Below, piece after piece: positions 59,368 through 64,000 of a DNA stretch of 64,000 nucleotides. Made by a program: the position numbers and the translations under genes. How positions within the stretch are numbered: the first letter of the stretch is position 1; the number at the start of each line of letters is the position of its first letter. Source of the DNA: Alphaproteobacteria bacterium (GTDB lineage Bacteria > Pseudomonadota > Alphaproteobacteria > RF32 > CAG-239). The notes below the pieces were generated by a model that saw only the letters and a program-made list of their open reading frames with translations, was not told the origin of the DNA and ran no database searches. The DNA lies in the NCBI GenBank assembly GCA_045221335.1, contig JBGUWS010000023.1, positions 16,987-80,986 of the forward strand, written 5' to 3'.

Positions 59368-61188
59368 ATGAGACGAAGAGAAGGTAAAAAAAAGGATAAA
59401 GAAGCAGCTCAAAAAATTCATCAGGTGCGACGGAAAAATAAAACTAAAAAACGTTCGTGGAAGATTAGGTTATTTTTGGGTGTGTTGTGGTTGGCTATTG
59501 TTTTAGGCTTGGCTATAGGTGGGTATATTTGGTATTGTCAAAAAACATTGCCGGCCTTTTCTAAGGCTTTGTATGTTGAAAGGTTACCCGGTGTTAAAAT
59601 ATTGGCGGCAGACGGGCGGGAATTAACATCTTATGGGGCTTTGTTTGCCGAACCGGTTGATGTCGATAAACTTCCTTCATATGTGGCGCAGGCGGTGGTT
59701 GATACGGAAGATAGGCGTTTTTATAAACATAAAGGTTTTGATTATATAGGATTTGTGCGTGCGATGGGGGTTAATATTATTAAACGTCGTTACGCGCAGG
59801 GGGCCTCTACACTTTCTCAGCAGGTAGCTAAAAATCTATTTTTAACGCGGGATAAGAGTATTCGTCGAAAAGTACAAGAGTTTCTTTTAGCGCGTTGGCT
59901 TGAACAGCATTTTAGTAAGAAGCAGATTTTAAATATTTATCTTAATCGTGTTTTCTTTGGTAGCGGGGCTTATGGTATCAGTACGGCAGCAAAGAGATTT
60001 TTTAATAAGCAGGCAAAAGACCTTAATCTGCATGAAGCGGCAATTTTAGCTGGGGCATTGAAAGCACCCAGTCGCTATAATTATCTCAGCAATAAGAAAA
60101 AAGCATTGGAACGTGCAGAGGTTGTTTTGACACTCATGAAAAGAGCCGGAACAATAACAGCCGAGCAGCAAAAACAGGCTTTAGCACAGCCGGTGGGTAA
60201 TCAGCAAAAACAGGCAATCATGAATATCAGATATTTTGGTGATTTTATCATGGGGGAATTAGAAAAAGTTATCGGTGAATATGATCATGATATTTATGTT
60301 AGAACAACGCTTGATTATGATTTGCAACAGCGTGCGGAATATCTTTTGCGTAAGCACTTAACTAAACACAAGAAAGATAATGTTAATCAGGGAGCTGTCG
60401 TTATTTTAGATAGAAATGGTGCCGTTAAAGCTATGGTTGGTGGTTTTGCGTATGATAAAAGTCAGTTTAATCGGGCAACGCAGGCCCTTCGCCAGGCAGG
60501 TTCCAGCTTTAAGTTATTTGTTTATTTGACAGCTTTTGAAAAAGGATTTTCCGAGAATGAGTTAATTGCCGATGAACCAATTAAAATCGGTAATTGGGAG
60601 CCGCAGAATTATGACAAGCGTTTTCATGGGGCGGTCAGTCTTAAGCAGGCATTTGCGCAGTCGCTTAATGTGGCAACGGTTGATTTGGCTACCTATCTTT
60701 CATTAGAAGATATAACAGATATGGCTTTACGTTTAGGTATTACATCAACGCTTGTCCAAGAATCATCTATTGTTTTAGGTGCAGCAGAAGTGAAAGTGAT
60801 TGATATGGCGGCAGCCTATACCGCTACTGTTAATGGGGGGTACGCTGTTTTTCCATATGCTATAACAGAGATTGATGATACAAAGGGAGAAAACTTATAT
60901 CAACGTGTTGCTCCGACAAAGGAAAAAGTTTTAACTGATGATGTACTTGAGAAAATTAATATTTTGGAACGAGAAGTGGTTTTGAACGGTACAGGAAGAA
61001 GAGCGCTTAAGGTCAATAATGCACGGGGTAAAACAGGTACCTCGCAAAATTATAGAGATGCATGGTTTATTGGCTCTAATCAAAAATATACGGCGGCTGT
61101 TTGGGTTGGAAATGATGATAATAGTTCCATGAAAGAAATCGGTGGGGGTACTGTTCCCACAGAGATTTGGGCAGATATTATGAAATAA
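59368..61188 (+). CDS. class A penicillin-binding protein (glycosyltransferase GT51 plus transpeptidase)
   Basis: GT51 motifs (EDRRFYKHKGFD, QGASTLSQQ) and transpeptidase motifs SSFK, SLN and KTGTS. Confidence 0.85.
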   Translation: MRRREGKKKDKEAAQKIHQVRRKNKTKKRSWKIRLFLGVLWLAIVLGLAIGGYIWYCQKTLPAFSKALYVERLPGVKILAADGRELTSYGALFAEPVDVDKLPSYVAQAVVDTEDRRFYKHKGFDYIGFVRAMGVNIIKRRYAQGASTLSQQVAKNLFLTRDKSIRRKVQEFLLARWLEQHFSKKQILNIYLNRVFFGSGAYGISTAAKRFFNKQAKDLNLHEAAILAGALKAPSRYNYLSNKKKALERAEVVLTLMKRAGTITAEQQKQALAQPVGNQQKQAIMNIRYFGDFIMGELEKVIGEYDHDIYVRTTLDYDLQQRAEYLLRKHLTKHKKDNVNQGAVVILDRNGAVKAMVGGFAYDKSQFNRATQALRQAGSSFKLFVYLTAFEKGFSENELIADEPIKIGNWEPQNYDKRFHGAVSLKQAFAQSLNVATVDLATYLSLEDITDMALRLGITSTLVQESSIVLGAAEVKVIDMAAAYTATVNGGYAVFPYAITEIDDTKGENLYQRVAPTKEKVLTDDVLEKINILEREVVLNGTGRRALKVNNARGKTGTSQNYRDAWFIGSNQKYTAAVWVGNDDNSSMKEIGGGTVPTEIWADIMK

Positions 61189-61194
61189 GGGGTG

Positions 61195-61548
61195 TTAGAA
61201 CCCTATATCACGTACCAAACGTGTACCAGTGATTGCGCCGTTGCGAAATTTTCCTCTTATTTCCAATAAATGATTATCAAATTTACGCCAATGACTTAGT
61301 GCAGAGCGATTTTTTGTAAAATCAAGAGCTATTAGGATATCTCCGCTGTTTGATACGTTTTCATTATAGGAAATTAGTGAGCATTCCTGACTTCCGGTAA
61401 ATAAATCGGTTCTCGGTAAACGCAAATATCCCTGATTATTGTTTTCAAAGTATGTGCCGCACCAATTTAATGTTTCAGTATTAGCATGACCTGTTGTACT
61501 GAAACTAAAACATAACAATAATAGCATCAGAAAGAGCAATTTGCGCAT
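61195..61548 (-). CDS. secreted hypothetical protein
   Basis: Signal peptide MRKLLFLMLLLLCFSFSTTGHA from the ATG at 61548. The track start at 61575 is also possible. Confidence 0.5.
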   Translation of the reverse strand: MRKLLFLMLLLLCFSFSTTGHANTETLNWCGTYFENNNQGYLRLPRTDLFTGSQECSLISYNENVSNSGDILIALDFTKNRSALSHWRKFDNHLLEIRGKFRNGAITGTRLVRDIGF

Positions 61549-61641
61549 GAGCTGAAACTCCCAAATGGTTAACATCTGGTTAATATTTATTCGCTCTTTT
61601 TGTATTTGTCAAGTTTAATTTTGTCCATAATTGATGACAGG

Positions 61642-62655
61642 TTATGCTTTATTTAAATACCATTTGACGGTTTTAACAATACCAGAATCAAATGTTTCGT
61701 CTGGTTTGTATCCCAGTTCTTCGGTAATTTTTTTAGGGTCAATTGCATAACGTAAATCATGTCCGGCTCGATCTTTGACAAAGGTAATAAGATCAGCATA
61801 TTTTTTGTTATCTTGACGAGGTTTCAGTTCATCTAAGATTTGGCAAATTGTTGTTGTTATTTCAAGGTTTGTACGTTCATTATGTCCGCCGACGTTATAG
61901 GTCTGACCGCTAATACCTTTATGGAAAATAAGGTCAATTGCCTTGGCGTGATCATTAACATAGAGCCAATCTCTGATATTTTGGCCGTTGCCGTATATCG
62001 GAATAGGTGATAAATTTAGGCAATTGCGAATAATGGTGGGGATGAGTTTTTCATCATGCTGTTTCGGGCCATAATTATTTGAGCAATTTGATGTAGTAAC
62101 ATTCATACCGAAAGTGTGATGGTATGCTCGTACCAGGAAATCTGAACTGGCTTTGCTGGCAGAATAGGGAGAATTTGGAGCATAGGGGGTTGTTTCACTA
62201 AAATAGCCATTACTACCTAATGAGCCAAAAACTTCATCTGTTGAGATGTGGTGAAAACGGTTTTTTTCTTTATTTTTTTTGGCTTTAAATGGTTCATCAT
62301 ACCAATGTTTGCGTGCGGATTCCAATAAATTGAATGTACCCAAAATATTCGTATTTATGAAAGCACGCGGTCCTTTTATGGAATTATCAACGTGACTTTC
62401 TGCGGCAAAATGTATAACACCGGAAAAATCATACTTATCAAACAACTCATTAACAAGGGTTTCATCACAAATATCACCTTTAACAAAAGTGTAGTTAGGA
62501 TTGTTTTCCACCTCAGTTAAATTTTTGAGATTACCGGCGTAAGTCAATTTATCTAAGTTAATAATTTTATAGTCTTGATGTCTATTCATAAAATAAGGTA
62601 TAAAGTTAGCACCAATAAATCCGGCACCGCCGGTGACTAAAATTGTTTCAGACAT
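61642..62655 (-). CDS. rmlB: dTDP-glucose 4,6-dehydratase
   Basis: ILVTGGAGFIG and YxxxK SDR motifs. The ATG at 62655 is preferred; the track start at 62676 is a TTG. Confidence 0.9.
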   Translation of the reverse strand: MSETILVTGGAGFIGANFIPYFMNRHQDYKIINLDKLTYAGNLKNLTEVENNPNYTFVKGDICDETLVNELFDKYDFSGVIHFAAESHVDNSIKGPRAFINTNILGTFNLLESARKHWYDEPFKAKKNKEKNRFHHISTDEVFGSLGSNGYFSETTPYAPNSPYSASKASSDFLVRAYHHTFGMNVTTSNCSNNYGPKQHDEKLIPTIIRNCLNLSPIPIYGNGQNIRDWLYVNDHAKAIDLIFHKGISGQTYNVGGHNERTNLEITTTICQILDELKPRQDNKKYADLITFVKDRAGHDLRYAIDPKKITEELGYKPDETFDSGIVKTVKWYLNKA

Positions 62656-63461
62656 TTTGTTAATCCTTCTTTCCAATGTGGGATAGATATGTTAAAGCGT
62701 TTTTTGATTTTTGTTTTGTTTAGAACAGAATAAAAAGGCCTTGCAGCCGCGGTGGGATAATCTTTGCTTTCTATCGGATAAACCACACAAGAAAGTTTTG
62801 ATTGATCCATAATTTCTTTAGCAAAATCGTACCAAGAACATACGCCTTCGTTTGTAAAGTGAAAAATTTCCTTCTCATTAGGTTTGATTTGAGGTAAAAT
62901 ATCTACAATTGCTTTAGCAAGGTCGTAGGCATTGGTGGGAGTTCCTATTTGATCAAAAACAACATTCAGGCGGTCTTTTTCAGCTCCCAGTTTACGCATG
63001 GTTTTTACAAAATTTCCACCATGTGGTGAGTACAACCAGGCGGTACGGATAATGATTGCTGTATCAGCGTTGTTAAGGACATTTAACTCACCTTCTCTTT
63101 TGGTTCTTCCATAAACAGATAATGGATCTGTTGGATCTTCTTCATTATAGGGTTTGTGATTTTTGCCGTTAAAAACATAATCTGTAGAGATATGGATGAT
63201 TCTTTTAGCATATTTTGCCAGGTAAAGAGGAGCAAGTGCATTAACATTGTAGGCTGATTGTTCATCTGTTTCGGCTTTATCGACTGCGGTGTAGGCTGCA
63301 CAGTTGATTACCATATCAAAGGAATTTTTTTTGAAATACTCTTCCACGGCTTCTTTGTTAGTCAGATCTAATTCTTCTCGGTCAATGTAGACAGCTTTAT
63401 CTTTCAGTAGACTTTGTAAAGCTGTACCTAATTGTCCGTTGCATCCGGTAACTAAAAACAT
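62637..63461 (-). CDS. rmlD: dTDP-4-dehydrorhamnose reductase
   Basis: MFLVTGCNGQLG Rossmann motif and the RmlD family. Confidence 0.85.
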   Translation of the reverse strand: MFLVTGCNGQLGTALQSLLKDKAVYIDREELDLTNKEAVEEYFKKNSFDMVINCAAYTAVDKAETDEQSAYNVNALAPLYLAKYAKRIIHISTDYVFNGKNHKPYNEEDPTDPLSVYGRTKREGELNVLNNADTAIIIRTAWLYSPHGGNFVKTMRKLGAEKDRLNVVFDQIGTPTNAYDLAKAIVDILPQIKPNEKEIFHFTNEGVCSWYDFAKEIMDQSKLSCVVYPIESKDYPTAAARPFYSVLNKTKIKKRFNISIPHWKEGLTKCLKQF

Positions 63462-64000
63462 GTTTCTAAATCCTTTAATAATGGGTGTTGTAAATCACGT
63501 TCCAAGATATTTGCTTTGGCCATATCAATTTGCCAGTCAATATTTAAGCTGGGATCGCTGATACATAAACCGCCTTCTGCTTGCTTGCAATAGAAATTAT
63601 CACATTTATAGGCAAAAACAGCGGTTGGGGAGAGAACAGAAAATCCGTGTGCAAATCCACGAGGGATGAGCAATTGTTGCTGATTTACATCCGAAAGGCG
63701 GACGGCAACGTGTTTGCCATATGTCGGAGATTGGCGGCGAAGGTCTACCGCAACATCTAAAACCTCTCCTGAAAGGACACGAACCAATTTGGCTTGAGCG
63801 TGCTCTCCTTTTTGAAAGTGTAGACCGCGAATTGTTCCATAGCTAGAAAAAGACTGATTATCTTGTACAAAGTCGTAGTGCAGTCCGTTTTGTTCAAACT
63901 CCTGTCGATTATAGCTCTCAAAGAAATAACCGCGCGTATCCGTAAATACCTTTGGCGTTAGGATATAAACGCCTTCTATATCTGTTTTAGTAAAGATCAT
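63452..64000 (-). CDS. rmlC: dTDP-4-dehydrorhamnose 3,5-epimerase
   Basis: Cupin RmlC motifs (RGLHFQ). The start codon sits exactly at the window end. Confidence 0.9.
   Translation of the reverse strand: MIFTKTDIEGVYILTPKVFTDTRGYFFESYNRQEFEQNGLHYDFVQDNQSFSSYGTIRGLHFQKGEHAQAKLVRVLSGEVLDVAVDLRRQSPTYGKHVAVRLSDVNQQQLLIPRGFAHGFSVLSPTAVFAYKCDNFYCKQAEGGLCISDPSLNIDWQIDMAKANILERDLQHPLLKDLETCF

Overview
This is a gene-dense, low-GC (~35-37%) bacterial chromosomal segment with no rRNA, CRISPR array, IS element or integrase. Several markers together point to an alphaproteobacterium: a circularly permuted two-piece tmRNA (tag ANDNNFAPVAVAA), GapR (DUF2312), a CcrM-type DPPY adenine methyltransferase, SspB-alpha, an HPr/EIIA-Man PTS-Ntr module and the mreBCD-mrdA-rodA operon. 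Three ankyrin-repeat genes and a chlamydial-type pyruvoyl arginine decarboxylase with an APC antiporter suggest a host-associated or intracellular lifestyle. The core content is housekeeping: yejEF-like ABC half-transporter, tRNA-Arg(CCT), mreB/C/D-PBP2-rodA, miaA, ddl, U32 peptidase, rplQ, aminopeptidase P, prmA, rnhB, ftsH, ccrM, ptsH/EIIA, tsaB, ihfB, accD, grpE, lptF/G-lptD-surA-rsmA, pyk, ldh, acpP-fabF-mltG, polA, a class A PBP and rmlBDC. The items that stand out are: (1) two neighbouring membrane proteins that share a ~40-aa C-terminal tail ending in LDLF/LELF; (2) ssrA immediately upstream of sspB; (3) a ~50% GC, 178-aa gene of unknown function with its own consensus promoter and a perfect terminator; (4) an AaxB/AaxC-like arginine decarboxylase/antiporter pair with an SD-sequestering hairpin; (5) a ~95-nt promoter+5'UTR module present twice (ankyrin gene and a 72-aa gene); (6) a 22-nt direct repeat with a CTGT-N8-ACAG core between polA and the PBP gene; (7) a GC-rich structured candidate sRNA between ccrM and ftsH. 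The supplied ORF track treats TTG/GTG as Met, so several starts were moved to downstream ATGs with a Shine-Dalgarno sequence.
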